Part shown: piece after piece, positions 10,951-23,937 of the stretch | How positions within the stretch are numbered: position 1 is the stretch's first letter | Layout: every line of letters starts with the position of its first letter | The notes under the pieces: model-generated | Databases searched by the model: none | Told to the model about the DNA's origin: nothing | What the model saw: only the letters and a program-made list of their open reading frames with translations | Program-made: the position numbers and the translations under genes | Origin: Octopus sinensis | Lineage: Eukaryota | Reading direction: 5' to 3' | NCBI RefSeq assembly: GCF_006345805.1 | Contig: NC_043004.1 | Coordinates: 78,182,001 to 78,246,000 of the forward strand | Length of the DNA stretch: 64,000 nt

Positions 10951-13719
10951 CGACAATTGATAACGAGATGAGCTGCTCAGATCACATCTTGGTGAATGCC
11001 ACCACAAGTAATGCCAACAGGAAGAATATTTTCCGACCAACCTCATCATTGTTTTAATGCCTGTTTTTCCATGCTTACATGGATCAGACAGAATTTGTTG
11101 GAGATTTTCTACAGCTGGATGCCTTTCCTGTCACCAACCCTCAACTATTTCCAAGCTAGGTAATATTTCTCAATGACCAGACTGGAAATGAATGACACTG
11201 CTTATATGACAAGAACATTCGCCTACAATTATCACAATGTCAAGACAAGGAGACACAAACATACACACACAAACACTTCTTCCAGTTTCCATCAACCAAA
11301 TCCACTCACAAGGCTTTGGTCAGCCTGTGGCTATAGAAGACATTTGAGCAAGGTGTCACACAGTGGTATTGAACCTGAAACCTTGTGGTTGGGAAGCAAA
11401 TTTCTTAACCACATGGTCACTCCTGCACTGTTCATTACAATCAAAGAATATGTCCTTAATAATAAATCCAGTAACAAAAAGTTTGAAGGCCTTCAGTTAT
11501 GAGTTCAAATTCTGCTTTACATCCTTTTAGATTCAATTGCTCTTTCAATTCTATGGAAATATAGATGATTCTTAAACCCTAAGAGTTTAAGGGTCAATAC
11601 TTAACCCTGGCTTCATAAGGTTAAGCAGGTGAAAGATAAAATGCTGATTTGTCACATGGAAATTTGATCTATATTACCAACAATTAACTGAACTAAAACT
11701 ACTTCTCAAAAAATATGACAAAATGCTTGCTATGGATTTGAACGCAGGATTATTAAGTTGGTAACCCAATAGCACAGCCATTCAGCAATATTATTCTAAT
11801 ATAATTTTGAGAAACTTTTAAAATCAATTTAGATTGAGTTATCTCCCTTATTTCTTTGCCAAGAATTATCATTAACATTAATGAAAGGAGATTTTGTTTG
11901 TTTGCTGTTCATTTTCCTTTTTCATTAAGGGTGGTTTAGGTGTTGCACTCATTGCACACAAATTGCCAACCATGTACCAAAGTATGAAACCAATATTTAA
12001 CTTTGGAAAGGCGAAAGATTAGCAGAATTGGTAGATTACCAAACAAAATGTTTTACTGCATTTAACTGCAGCCCCTTAGGGAGCGAATCTGAATCCTTGA
12101 AAGGTCACCAATTTTATCAAACTTGGTTGGATACAAAGTGAGTACCAGTAAAAATCTGGGGAGAATGTGTGGCTTTTGCCAATATCAAGAAGTTTTAAAC
12201 TATAGAAGAGTGATGAGTACTAAATAACAGTTAAGTGTTGGACTGAAGGCCTTGATGTGGTAAAAGCCCCTTGATTATTGTAAGATTATAGTTTCAATTC
12301 CTGGACCAGGCAGCATGTTGTGTTTTGGGAGGAAAATGCTTCATTTCACATTGGTCAAGTCCAGCAAAACCCATTCAGTGAGAAATGTGTAATCTCAGTC
12401 CCTTACATACCATGGCAACTGACTAAGCTTTGGCCATTTAAGTTCTAAGGTTCATCATAAACCTAAGCCAAACCTCTGCATTAAGCATGCTAGCCTCGCA
12501 TACAACCAGATGCCTTCCCTGTGGCCAACCCATGGCTTTTTTTCGGGCAAAATAATATTTCCCCATGACTGGACATGTTTTCATGGAAAATTGGAAACAA
12601 TGAACATCACTTGCACATACCACACTCATATATCATCCTCATCATCGTCATCGTTTAACGTCCACTTTCCATGCTGGCATGTGTTGGATGGTTTGACTGA
12701 GGTCTGGAGGAAAGCCAGCAGCTGCATCAGGCTCCAATCTGATCTGCCAATGTTTCTACAGCTGGATGCCCTTCCTCACACCAGCCACTGTGATAGTGTA
12801 GTGGGTGCTTTTTACATGCCACCAGCACAGGAGCCAGTCAGGCATACCTGGCATTGTTCTCGTTTCAATAGTTGAGAAATGTTGGTGTACACAAATATAC
12901 ATACCTGTCCACATGTATACACACAAATATATATATATACACACACACACATCTGTGTACACACATTCACCTTTATGTATACTTTATAATGTCATGTGAC
13001 ACACTAGGGTTATGACATTTTTTTGGAAGTAAACAATTTCCTGTATCAAAAGTTGATGAACAATTCCATATAAGTTGGGAAAATCACCTTTATTTTAAGT
13101 CTTTTTAAAAAAACCTCACCCTCAACTGAAGAAATCTAACACCACTTTTGACCCAAATCATGCAAAATTCTAGGAGTGCAGGGGGTGGGGGTCGTAATGC
13201 CTACTCAGGTTTTTACCATACTTGGTGTGCTAACTTAATGCAATGCAGAAGCAGTTTATGTGAAATTTCAGCTTTCAACTTTAAGTAGTTTAAGAGTTAT
13301 AGAGCTTTTAATTTCTTACCACTTAGGCCCTGCTTTAGGAAATATCCTCTTCCTCGCCTTTTTATTTCTGTGACCCTAAAAACTCTGACTATATTAACTG
13401 TTTTTCAGAATAGTAGGCTTATCCAACTAGAGTATCTAAAATAATGTCTCATAAGAGAAGTGCTTGTGTCACTCAAAGAAACAAAAAAATCTGGACAAAG
13501 AATCTCACATAGGAAACAAAGACCTGTTCCTCTAGAAGAGCATTCTTTGGACAACAACTGCAGATACCAGTGAAACTTCCAATTGTCAGTCACTACCTGT
13601 TACTTGGAGGTACCATGAAAGGAAGGAAAAAAAGAACAAAGGAAATTTCGTAAGAAGTAACTTTTTTATGGCAAAAGAAATTAAATTTCCCATATTTATC
13701 AATTCAAAATGTCGAAAAA

Positions 13720-15420
13720 GTGCTGAATACCTACGATAAATGTGTAAAACAAGGAAAATACGATTCATTGAAAGGAATTTTTGACATCACAAAGGAAAAC
13801 GGTGAATGGCTGTGCAGTGAGGATAGAAGGTTATATCATCTTCAAATTGAAAGCAAGGGACAGGTTGGGTTCGCAACAGGAAAGACAGCCAGTTCCAAAA
13901 CTATCCATCCATCCAAAACAAGAAAAGTGTTCTTAATGCCAACTTCAACCAGAGCAACTCCAGTGCCATCGTCAATGTCTGAAGCAGAGACTGAAAGTGA
14001 ATATCAAGAGTCCGAAAAGTCAGATGAGGAATCCACACAAACAAGGAGGAAGTATAGCAAAACTGGAACTGCAACCAAGTTAGTAATATCTTCCAAGCTA
14101 TCAACCCAAAAAGCAGCAACAGTTTGTCGACAATTATCTCAAGATGGAATCAATGTTGAGACTCCTTCCCAATCTGGTATTTACAGACTGACTATCAAAG
14201 AAGCTGTTAAACTAAAACAGAAAATGAAGAAAACACCACATTTAGAAAATTGGTCATTACATTTTCATGGTAAACGTATTGATGACTAAGAAAACCAAGT
14301 GCTAGTTTTAAAGAATGAACAGGGAGAAGTTAGGTTATAAACACTCCAATTACCAAACAGAAAAGCCGATATTGTTGTGAATGGAATAACAGCTGTTTTA
14401 GATGAATGTAATTTATGGAACTGTGTAAAGATGATTCACTGATAAGAGTGTGAACACTGGGAAAAGAAATGGCATTGTGATTCAGTTGGAAAGACTGTTT
14501 GTTCAAAAGTGTTTGAAAGAACTGCAATTTATTGGTTCTAAGTATCATATCTTTGATAGAGTTCTTTGTGTTGTAATGGATAACGAACTTCAAGAAAAAA
14601 AGTGATCTCCCAATATTGAATATACACTAGGAGCGACCTGGCAGAATCGTTTGCATGCCAGGTAAAATGCTTAGTGGCGTTTTGTCTGCCATTACATTCT
14701 CAGTTCAAATTCCACCAAGGTCAACTTTGCCTTTCATTCTTTCAGGGTCGATTAAATAAGTACCAGTTACACACTGGGGTTGATGTAATTGACTTAATTC
14801 CTTTGTCTGTCCTTGTTTTTCCCCTCTATGTTTAACCCCTTGTGGGCAATAAAGAAATAAATATTGAATATACATTCGTCCCAGAGCTTCTATATAATTA
14901 GGAGAAACTCCAGGCTAATTTCAACAATGGTGAAGAAAAGATTACTGAATCAGCAGGATGGCAAGAAGACATGAAATTTCTATTCAATTTGACCAGAGAT
15001 TTTTATTTCTTTGAAGAAACCAACAAATTTCCTCCTGTAAAGTTTCAAAAAATACTGAACTTAAGAAATGCAAGATGGAATTCTTGAGCAATACTAGCTC
15101 TTTTGGTATTTATTCTTCTACCAGAGAAAAGAGTTTTGCTTCTCAATGTTTGTCGATTCATCTCTTACAGCTGGGCAGATTTTTGGTTTACTGACCAGAT
15201 GTTCAATGCAGTGATTATCAAAAGTTATGTGGTAGCCTGCAGGTTCAAAAAAAGCATTGAACTCCATAAAAAACTTTTGGAGTCAAGAAACATCAAAACT
15301 GGAAATTCCCAGAACAAATCAGAGTGCAGAACAGGCAATCAAGTGCCTTCAAGATCTTTATGATGTTTGTAAAAAAAAGAGGAAACTTCAGCTTCAATTT
15401 ATTTCATCTAACAAAACATA
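13720..15420 (+). pseudogene. Disrupted hAT-superfamily (hATm-like) transposase
   Basis: Segments LHFHGKRIDD, VNTGKRNGIV..LE, YHIFDRVL, NARWNS and RTNQSAEQAIK resemble hATm motifs (DGKR, DTT..NTG, CxHH, ARW, N..AER.IK). Multiple stops and frameshifts plus a SINE insertion. Confidence 0.7.
14627..14859 (+). mobile_element. Family A SINE inserted into the hATm transposase, 15-bp TSD
   Basis: AATATTGAATATACA at 14612-14626 and 14860-14874; transposase homology resumes after the second copy. Confidence 0.9.
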
Positions 15421-16276
15421 ATTCTTTGTTATGTTTAAAAGTTTGCTAACATTCAGCAACCTTTTTCTTATACAGTTATTTAAAATTGGAATTAAACCTA
15501 TAAAGTTTAAAATATGTATTGTTTTTAATTCTGTATATTATCGAATGCTTGTAGTGGCCTCTGTCCTAAAATAACCTAGTTTTGAAGCTTTGCATATAAC
15601 AATTTCTATTCAGAAATCTTAAAAATGTATAAATACACTTTTATTCCACACCTCTCTTTCGTTTACAAGGATATAGGCAGCAGAAATACTGAAATGTGAA
15701 TCTAGTGATTGTAGTTTTAAAAGCCCATAACTCTGAAACTACTTCAACTAGAAAGCTGAAATTTCAGATATACTATTTCTGCATTGCATCGAGTCAGCAC
15801 ACTAAAATTGGTAAAAACTTGAGCAGGCGTTGTGAACCCCAATAGAATTTTGTGTAATTTGGGTAAAAAGTGGTGATAGATTTCTCAAGTTGGGGGTGAT
15901 GTTTTTTTTTTTTTCAAATAAACTAAAACAAATGTTAATTTCCTAACTTTTAGGAAATTATTCATCAAACTACAGCGTAGGATTATTAAGTTGTGAAAAA
16001 GTCATAACCCTAATGCACACACATCACTTCTTACTAAGAGAGATACAAACCAGGAAGGTAAACCTCTTTCTCTTGTTTGAAGTCACCTGTTTGTTTTAAT
16101 ACCGGAACATCAAGAGAAAATATTTCACAGAAACTTGATTGGCAAGACATAAATCTCTCCCAGTGTTTTTGGCATCGACCAGATGGAACAAAGAGATGGA
16201 CATTAATAATTAAATAAATAGCTACTTGTCAGCTGTCATCATTTACTAGGTATTTAATTAATATTCTTCATATTTC

Positions 16277-16472
16277 TTTTATATCATTATCTCCAACAAC
16301 CACCACCACCACCGCCATCAACAACAACAACAACCCCTCCATCATTCTCTGATTCCATCACAGCTATGTCTTGCAGCTTCCACAATTAAACAATCAATAG
16401 AGGAGACACAAAGGAAAGATGGACAGAGCCGTTTGTATCCCAACTCTTCCCATCTCTATCACTATTCCCACA
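16277..16472 (+). repeat. ~190-bp local duplication, copy 1 (copy 2 at 18052-18230)
   Basis: Near-identical CCATCATTCTCTGATTCCATCACAGCTATGTCTTGCAGC...CACTATTCCCACA in both places. Confidence 0.9.
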
Positions 16473-18051
16473 GGTTTACGATGTTGCCAAATCAGATCAA
16501 TCAATTATGAAGAGTTTAATGTACACAGGTAGACAGCAATAGTTATATCTATTTGCATACATCAACCACATCATCATCATCATCATTTTCATCTCTACTT
16601 TTCCATGCTTGCATGAGCCAAATAGAATTTGGTGAAGCAGATTTCCTGTGATTGAGTGCCTTTCCTGTCACCAGCCCTCACCTGATTCCAAGTGAGGTAA
16701 TATTTCCTCATAGCCAGACATGTTTTCATGGAAGACTGGAAATGAAGGACAGTGTGTATATATGATGGTGACACAACAATCATGTAAGGTCAAGGCAAGG
16801 AGACAGTAATAGACACACACAGACTATATATATATACATATATATAGTTAATCCAAACATGAAAACACAAAGAGAAAACACAACAACACGGGGATGTAGA
16901 AGAAGTATAGTGTTATTGGATGCTCAGGAAAGGAAAGAAAGAAATGGATTTAACGTTTCGAGCGGAGCTCTTCGTCAGAAACATAGGAAAAGGAAAGATC
17001 CAAGGAAGGGAATACGGAGGAAAAAAAATCGCCAACGGTACACACATGATCACATTTTGATATATATATAATGTAAGGCTTCACAAGAATATAAGCCAAA
17101 TTCTTAGTTTGGTTCAATAAAAACTAAAGAAATAGGTGCAGGTTTGGTTGTGATCTTGGGTTCAGTCCCACAGCATAGCACCCTGTGCCTTCTACTATAG
17201 CCCTAGACTAACCAAAGTCTTGAGATCTGGTAAACAGAAACTGAAAGAAGCTAGTCATGTGTGCATGCACGCATGTGTGCATATATGTATGTATGTATGT
17301 ATGTATGTGTGTGTGTATGTATGTATGTATATAAACAAACTCTCATGCAAACAACATGGACTAAAGATATTACAAAATTGCAATATTTTTACCAATATCT
17401 CAGTCATGATTAGCAAAACATGAAACCGGTAGACTATATAAATATTTCATCTTATAAAATATATAAAGAATCTATAAATTATGTGCATTATATATATTAA
17501 AGATAAAGGTAAATCCAAGAACAAAAGAACAGGAAAAAGTAACAAAAGTCAATTGGACATACACAGTAAATATAGTAGATTGAAGCTCAAAGAAAAGTTT
17601 TAGATGGAAAGATAGGAGTAGAAATCTGTGCGTGTGTGTGTGTGTGTGTACTCATATTGTGACATCACATGATGGATGTAAACAAGCATCACTATCATAG
17701 AGACAATGTTCTTCATTTCCAGTTATCTGTGGAAAAATGTGTCTGGCCAAAGCAAAATACTTGTCTAGCATTGAAACAGCTAAGAGTTGGTGACAAGAAG
17801 GGCATCTGGTGGCAGAAAATCTGCCCCAACAAATTCCATTTGACCCAAGGAAGAATGGAAAAGTGGACGTTAAAATGATGTTTAAAGAACCCACCTCCCT
17901 CAGTCCTATAGCTCCACTCTGTCGAGGGGAGGGGGGTCTTGTCTTGCAAGTTACTTAATGACATCACTGGTGTTGGTCCCACAAAATAAGCATCCAGTAC
18001 ATTGTGGGGTTGTTGGTGCTGGGAAGGGCATCCAGCTGTAGAAACCTTGTC

Positions 18052-18230
18052 TTTTATATCATTATCTCCAACCACCAACAACAACAACAACCCCATCCAT
18101 CATTCTCTGATTCCATCACAGCTATGTCTTGCAGCTTCCACAATTAAACAATCAATAGAGAAGACACAAAAGAAAGATGGACAGAGCCGTTTGTATCCCA
18201 ACTCTTCCGATCTCCATCACTATTCCCACA
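18052..18230 (+). repeat. ~190-bp local duplication, copy 2
   Basis: Matches 16277-16472 with a few substitutions and a shorter CAA/CAC tract. Confidence 0.9.
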
Positions 18231-20052
18231 ACTGGCAGAAAATGCTTATCAGTATTTGATCTGTTTTTATGTTCTGAGTTCAAATTTTGAGGGTTGACTT
18301 AGCCTTTCACCTCTCGGGGTTGCTAAAATCAGTACCAGTTGATCACTGGAGTCAATGTAATGAACTTACAAACTCTCCCCCAAAATGCTGACCTTGTGCC
18401 AAAATTTGAAACCACTGACTGGTACCTATGCTGGTGGCACATAAAAAAAAACACCATTTAAGCATAACCAATGCGAGTGCTGCCTGACTGGTACCTGTGC
18501 TGGTGGCACATAAAAAGCACCATTTGGGCGTGGTCAATGCCAGTGCCACCTGGCTGACTCCTGTGCCAGTGGTATGTAAAAGGCACCCACTACACTCTCG
18601 GAGTGGTTAGTGTTAGGAACGACATCCAGCTGTAGAAACTCTGCCAGATCAAGATTGGAGCCTGGTGCAGCCTCCTGGTTTGCCAGTCCTCAGTCAAACC
18701 GTCCAACCCATGTCAGCATGGAAAGCGGACATTATATGATGATGATGATGATGATGATGATGTTAATTTATGTTCCAGAAACAAGCTGAATAATCATTAT
18801 GAAATTTTGATGGAAAGTTTAAATTTAGATCTTGTTAAAATCGGAAGTTTGCATCATAAAACCAGAACGATCTCAGGCAGGTTGGTCTCAAAAGGGGAAA
18901 CAAGAAAAAGAATGTAACAAAAAAAAGCTGAATAAAAATGCTTGCAAAATGATGCAAGAAATTTAGAGCAGTTTTACAGGTTTAAAACCTGAATCTAAAT
19001 TAAACAAAACCCTAGTGTTTTAAGTAAACAGCTTCCAGATTTACATAAAATTATAAAATAATGGCATCTCTTTAATGCTAGAGACCACATGGTGTTGTTC
19101 TGACAGCATTGTTGGTTGGAGTATTTAAATAAATGATGTAATGTTTATTTAAGAAAACTAATGCAAATTTATTATTTTAAAAAATATTTTGCAAATTGCA
19201 CTCTACATACTATCTTTATCACTTGGTGAGGTCTTCACTGTTTTGCTGTCCACTTTTCTGTGCTTGCATGGGTCAGACAGTTTTTGTGGAGGTAGACTTT
19301 TCTATAGTCATATGCACTCACAGGTTTCCAAGCAAATTTTTTTTTTCCACGGTCATGCATTTTTACATGTTAGACTACAAACAACCCTGCTTGTTTGACA
19401 GTGATGCTCATTTACAACCATCACGAGAAGTCAAGATAGGGTAAACGTATATCTATATATCTATGTAAACAGAGCTAAGGAATTATGTAGCCTCTTCTTT
19501 GTATTCTGTATTTTTTATGCTCCATGTAAATATATTTGTACAAAGATGCATATGCACATGTGTGCTTGTTTTTCTGAATCTCAAGTTTAATTGTTTTCCT
19601 GCATCACTACCACCCCAAACATATATATATCATCATCATCTAACAACCGTTTTCCATGCTGGCATGGGTTGGATAGTTTGACTGAAAATTGGTAAACCAG
19701 GGAGATGCACCAGGTTCCAATCTGATTTGGAACTATAGCTGGTTGCCCTTCCTAAAGTCAACCACACACATACACATCATCATCATCATCCTTTAACAGG
19801 TATTTTCCATGCTGACATGGGTTGGATGGTTTGACTGGAAATGGTAAATTGGGGAGCTACATCAGGTTCCAGTCTAATTTGGCATGGTTTCTACAGCCAG
19901 ATGCCCTTCCTCACACCAACCACTTTACAGTATGTGCTGGGTGCTTTTAATGTAGCACCAGTACAAGGCCTTTGCAAGCCAATCCACTTTAACAGGGAGA
20001 ACAGTCATAACACTTCGGCTGTGGAGGACACACATTATAGTGGGGCAGGCCG

Positions 20053-20123
20053 GTTTATGGGGCTACCCTAGGTTTCTCGCTCATAAGGGGTTTAGCCTTA
20101 TGGCATATCTTCAGACCCCAAAC
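20053..20123 (-). ncRNA. Type I hammerhead ribozyme, canonical C3-G8 core
   Basis: Minus strand: GUUUGGGGU-CUGAAGA-UAUGCCAUAAGG cuaaacc CCUUAUGAGCGA-GAAA-CCUAGG-GUA-GCCCCAUAAAC. Stems I, II and III all form by eye. Confidence 0.75.
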
Positions 20124-20250
20124 ACTGCTAGCCTGAGCCCTCTTTAAAATATGGAGTGGGGAATGGAAAAGGGAGATAATCAACTAGGGTTTTACCCTTA
20201 AAACAAGGCTTTCCCCTCTCCATATTTTAAAGAGGTCTCAGCCCAGCAAT

Positions 20251-20316
20251 GTTTGGGGTCTGAAGATACGCCATAAGGCTCCTTATAAGTGAGAAACCCA
20301 GGGTAACCCTATAAAC
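20251..20316 (+). ncRNA. Type I hammerhead ribozyme, canonical C3-G8 core
   Basis: GUUUGGGGU-CUGAAGA(20260-20266)-stem II-GAAA(20293-20296)-CCCAGG-GUA(20303-20305)-ACCCUAUAAAC. Predicted cleavage after 20305. Confidence 0.7.
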
Positions 20317-20404
20317 CCGTCTACCTCACAATAATATTAACTGCTGGACCTCTTAGAGTGTGCTTCTCATCCAGATTTATGTATTTCTACAAACAATCCT
20401 ATAT

Positions 20405-20775
20405 AGGAGTGGCTGCGTGGGAAGTAGCTTACTTACCAACCACATGGTTTCGGGTTCAGTCCCACTGCGTGGTAGTTTGGGCAAGTGTCTTCTACTATAG
20501 CCTCGAGCCGACCAAAGCCTTCTGAGTGGATTTGGTGGATGGAAACTGAAAGAAGCCCATCGTATATAAGTGTGTGTGTGTCTGTGTTTGTCCTCCCACC
20601 ATCATTTGACAACCTATGCTGGTGTGTTTACATCCCTATTATCTAGCAGTTCAGCAAAAGAGATTGATAGAATAAGTACTAGGCTTAGAAAGAATAAATC
20701 CTGGGGTCGATTTATTTGACTAAAGGCAGTGCTCCAGCATGGCTGCAGTCAAATGACTGAAACAAATAAAAGAAT
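20405..20775 (+). mobile_element. Family B tRNA-derived SINE, full length
   Basis: GGAGTGGCTGCGTGGGAAGTAGCTTAC...GGTTCAGTCCC head; ends GGCAGTGCTCCAGCATGGCTGCAGTCAAATGACTGAAAC. Confidence 0.85.
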
Positions 20776-22050
20776 ATATATCTGTATTCAATGAGCTTAT
20801 TTCAGTTTCTGTCTACTAGTCATAAGGCTTTAGTCAACCAGGATCTATAGAAGGTACTTGCTCTCCGTGCCATGCAGAGGGATTGAACACAAAACCACAT
20901 GGTTAGAAAGCAAACTTCCTAACCACACAACCGACTTTGCACCTTACCATGACCACCATGGTACAATTTGTTCATTTATAAAATACTTTCCAAATGACAT
21001 TTAAACCAGTGAATTGTCAGATAAATTGGTTTTCTATTTATTTTGATCCTTTCCATTATTATTTGAATTAAAACAAAAATTTTTGTTATCAGTGTTTTGT
21101 GAGTTTTTTGTTTGTTTTGTAGCTCTATTTTATTTTCTACAACTGTTGTTTGTCTTGTTTTTCCACTGAAATGAATTTTACCTCTTTTCAGACACATGAC
21201 AACGGAGTGTCAAGTAGGATAAAGAGAAACAAATTTACCTGACAACCCAATGGAAGGATTACAAGAACTAAGTCATATAATACAATAGAAAGGAAGAAAA
21301 TGAAACGGTAAATATCTATAAAGATGTTTGGCTGGAGGGGGGCGGGAATTTTAGCTAAATATAACCAGCAACAGTTTCCCAGAAGTATTGTTTTAAGGGA
21401 AGGTAAAACAATATTTATGAGACATCTTCAATGCTTTAAAGTGTTCCACAGACTCTCTCTGGGTCAAGTAGATTGAAGAATTTTGGGTGGAGTACAATTA
21501 ACTTCAGCAGGAAAAGAAATCTAGAACAAGACGACAACTACAGATTACTTTCATTCTCGTTTCAATTCATTTTTGGTTTCTTTTCCTTGTTAAAACTTAT
21601 TTCAGTTCAAAACTTATAAAATTTCAATATTCTTTACCATAGCTATTTTGGGCTTTTTGTTCTTTTCTATTTTGTTGGGGGGGTTTTTTATGTGTAAAGG
21701 AATGGATAAAGTTACCAAATCCCTACAAATAATTTTTTTCCTTTTATAATTTGTTCCAATGTAGATTTTTCACACTGTTTATATTTTAAGATACATTTTA
21801 CATAAACTTGCTCTTTTTTCTGTTTTTTTTTTTCTTTTTTACAATGCAACACACCAGAGTAATGCAGGAAAGAATATAGTCAGGTCTTGGGTTCCAGAGT
21901 TTTAACTTCAGTTTTATGGTGTGAAGATGAATAAGATTTTGTTCTGTCAAAAGTAATAGTTCCAGAGATTAACAACTCTGCCAAAGAGCAGCAAAAGTGA
22001 GCCATAGCACCACAATGACAAATACCATATTTACTCATGTATAAATCACA

Positions 22051-22393
22051 TTATTACTTCCACCTTAGTGAAGGCAGGGGTATTGTTTTCAGTTGGATTT
22101 ATTTGTTTGTTTGTTAGTCTGTGAACTAGATATCTGAAGAACTACTGGATGGATTTGGATGAAACTTTCAGGGATGTTTGGCCTCATGACTAGCACAAAC
22201 TGATTAGATTTTCGGATGGATCCCGTACCAGACAAGGATTCTGGATTATTTTTTCTTGTTTTTTTACTTAATTTGTGAGAGAGGTTGAGTCCAATTTCAG
22301 ATATTCTCATTTTAAAAATCTTCCCTGGCTAATCGTTGAGAGGACATTGGTGTTGCCTTGGCAGAGGCTTGCATTCTCTGAGTGCTCTTGTTT
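22051..22393 (+). mobile_element. Helentron-associated non-autonomous element (HINE/DINE-like)
   Basis: Starts TTATTACTTCCACC, has (GTTT)n and 'actactggatggatttggatgaaacttt', ends CCTTGGCAGAGG plus hairpin GCATTC-tct-GAGTGC then TCTTGTT; inserted in a T-rich site. Confidence 0.6.
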
Positions 22394-22399
22394 TATACT

Positions 22400-22910
22400 T
22401 GATTTTAACTGAAAAAAACTGGGAGGTGGCATACATGGGGCAATGCTAAACCTAACCCTGTGGAAGAGGTAGACCCAGGAAGACATGGGATGAGGTGATA
22501 AAGAATGACCTTCAAACATTGGGCCTCACAAAGGCAATGACCTTTGGAGATATGCTGTGATTGAGAAGACCTGGCAACTAAAGTGAGATTACAGCCATGG
22601 CTGATGTCAGTGATGCATATCCAGCCCATTTAAAGTACCCTTGATGTGTCAAGCAATATGATATGCTTGAGAAGACCTGTGGAATTAAGTAAAACCAAAA
22701 TCGTAGCTATAGCCAGTGCCCCCTGAGTGGCTCCTGTGCAGGTGACACATAAAAAGCACTATCTGAATGTGGTCAATGCTAGGTCCACTTGACTGACTCC
22801 TGTGCTGGTGGCATGTAAAAAGCATCCACTACACTCTCAGAGTGGTTGGCATTAGAAAAGGCATCCAGCTGTAGGAACATTGCAAGATCAGATTGGAGTT
22901 TGGTGCATAC
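22400..22910 (+). mobile_element. RTE-clade LINE 3' end (C-terminal coding remnant plus 3' UTR)
   Basis: Translates GRGRPRKTWDEVIKNDLQTLGLTKAMT (RTE C-terminal GRP..W motif), followed by the family C UTR. Confidence 0.7.
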
Positions 22911-23144
22911 AAAAATATTATATAAATCAATAGATAAGATAATAATACAAATACAGATTTTAAAAGTCATAGTATAAATTAATGAAATCCTAAAAATTAC
23001 TTCTTACAGCTGTTTTAGCCTATGGTCAAAAGTGAATCTAATTTTCATTGTCTATAGATGTCAACATACTAAGGTTACAGGCATTTAAAAAATATAATAC
23101 TTATATATTATCCCATAGTGGGTTACACCCATAACCCCTATCTT

Positions 23145-23183
<39 letters not shown>

Positions 23184-23392
23184 CAATAATAATTCTCTAA
23201 ACGAGGTATAGACAGTAACTGCTCCATAACATAAGGGACGTTAGCCATCCGAATGTGGCTAGGGACAGGGCAGGGCGGTGGGGGTGTTACTGATGCATTT
23301 AGCCCCAGGCGATCATCAACGTCACCAGAAGGGCTGATGCCATCACGGCGTCCTCTAGCCTGCAAAGGGAGATCATTCCCCGAAGAAGCAGA

Positions 23393-23445
23393 TGCCACAT
23401 ACGGACCCAGGTTTCAAGGTGTTTGCCTATTGTCAACGTATGGCA
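23393..23445 (-). ncRNA. Type I hammerhead ribozyme, U3-A8 core variant
   Basis: Minus strand: UGCCAUACG-UUGACAA-UAGGCAAACACCUU-GAAA-CCUGG-GUC-CGUAUGUGGCA. Confidence 0.7.
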
Positions 23446-23884
23446 GGCACCGCCCCTCGACGAACGACTCTCTGTGCAGGCTATCTATATAAAGATTTTC
23501 ACAGTAAATACATTTACTGATGTAGAAAATCTGTTCGACAGCAATAATAATTCTCTAAACGAGGTATAGACAGTAACTGCTCCATAACATAAGGGACGTT
23601 AGCCATCCGAATGTGGCTAGGGACAGGGCAGGGCGGTGGGGGTGTTACTGATGCATTTAGCCCCAGGCGATCATCAACGTCACCAGAACCCCCACCGCCC
23701 TGCCCTGTCCCTAGCCACATTCGGATGGCTAACGTCCCTTATGTTATGGAGCAGTTACTGTCTATACCTCGTTTAGAGAATTATTATTGCTGTCGAACAG
23801 ATTTTCTACATCAGTAAATGTATTTACTGTGAAAATCTTTATATAGATAGCCTGCACAGAGAGTCATTCGTCGAGGGGCATGCC

Positions 23885-23937
23885 TGCCATACGTTGACAA
23901 TAGGCAAACACCTTGAAACCTGGGTCCGTATGTGGCA
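23885..23937 (+). ncRNA. Type I hammerhead ribozyme, U3-A8 core variant
   Basis: Stem Ia 23885-23893, UUGACAA 23894-23900, stem II AGG/CCU, GAAA 23915-23918, GUC 23924-23926, stem Ib 23927-23937 (2-nt bulge). Confidence 0.7.

Larger units (their letters stand above)
13005..16012 (+). mobile_element. hATm-like DNA transposon, ~3.0 kb, decayed
   Basis: Termini TAGGGTTATGAC (13005-13016) and GTCATAACCCTA (16001-16012). Long imperfect subterminal inverted repeats (~13115-13312 vs ~15717-15900). Internal decayed transposase. Flanks only loosely resemble an 8-bp TSD. Confidence 0.75.
20034..20335. mobile_element. Inverted pair of Penelope-like pLTR fragments (~125-bp arms)
   Basis: 20034-20160 is an imperfect reverse complement of 20211-20335; each arm carries a hammerhead motif. 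Confidence 0.75.
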
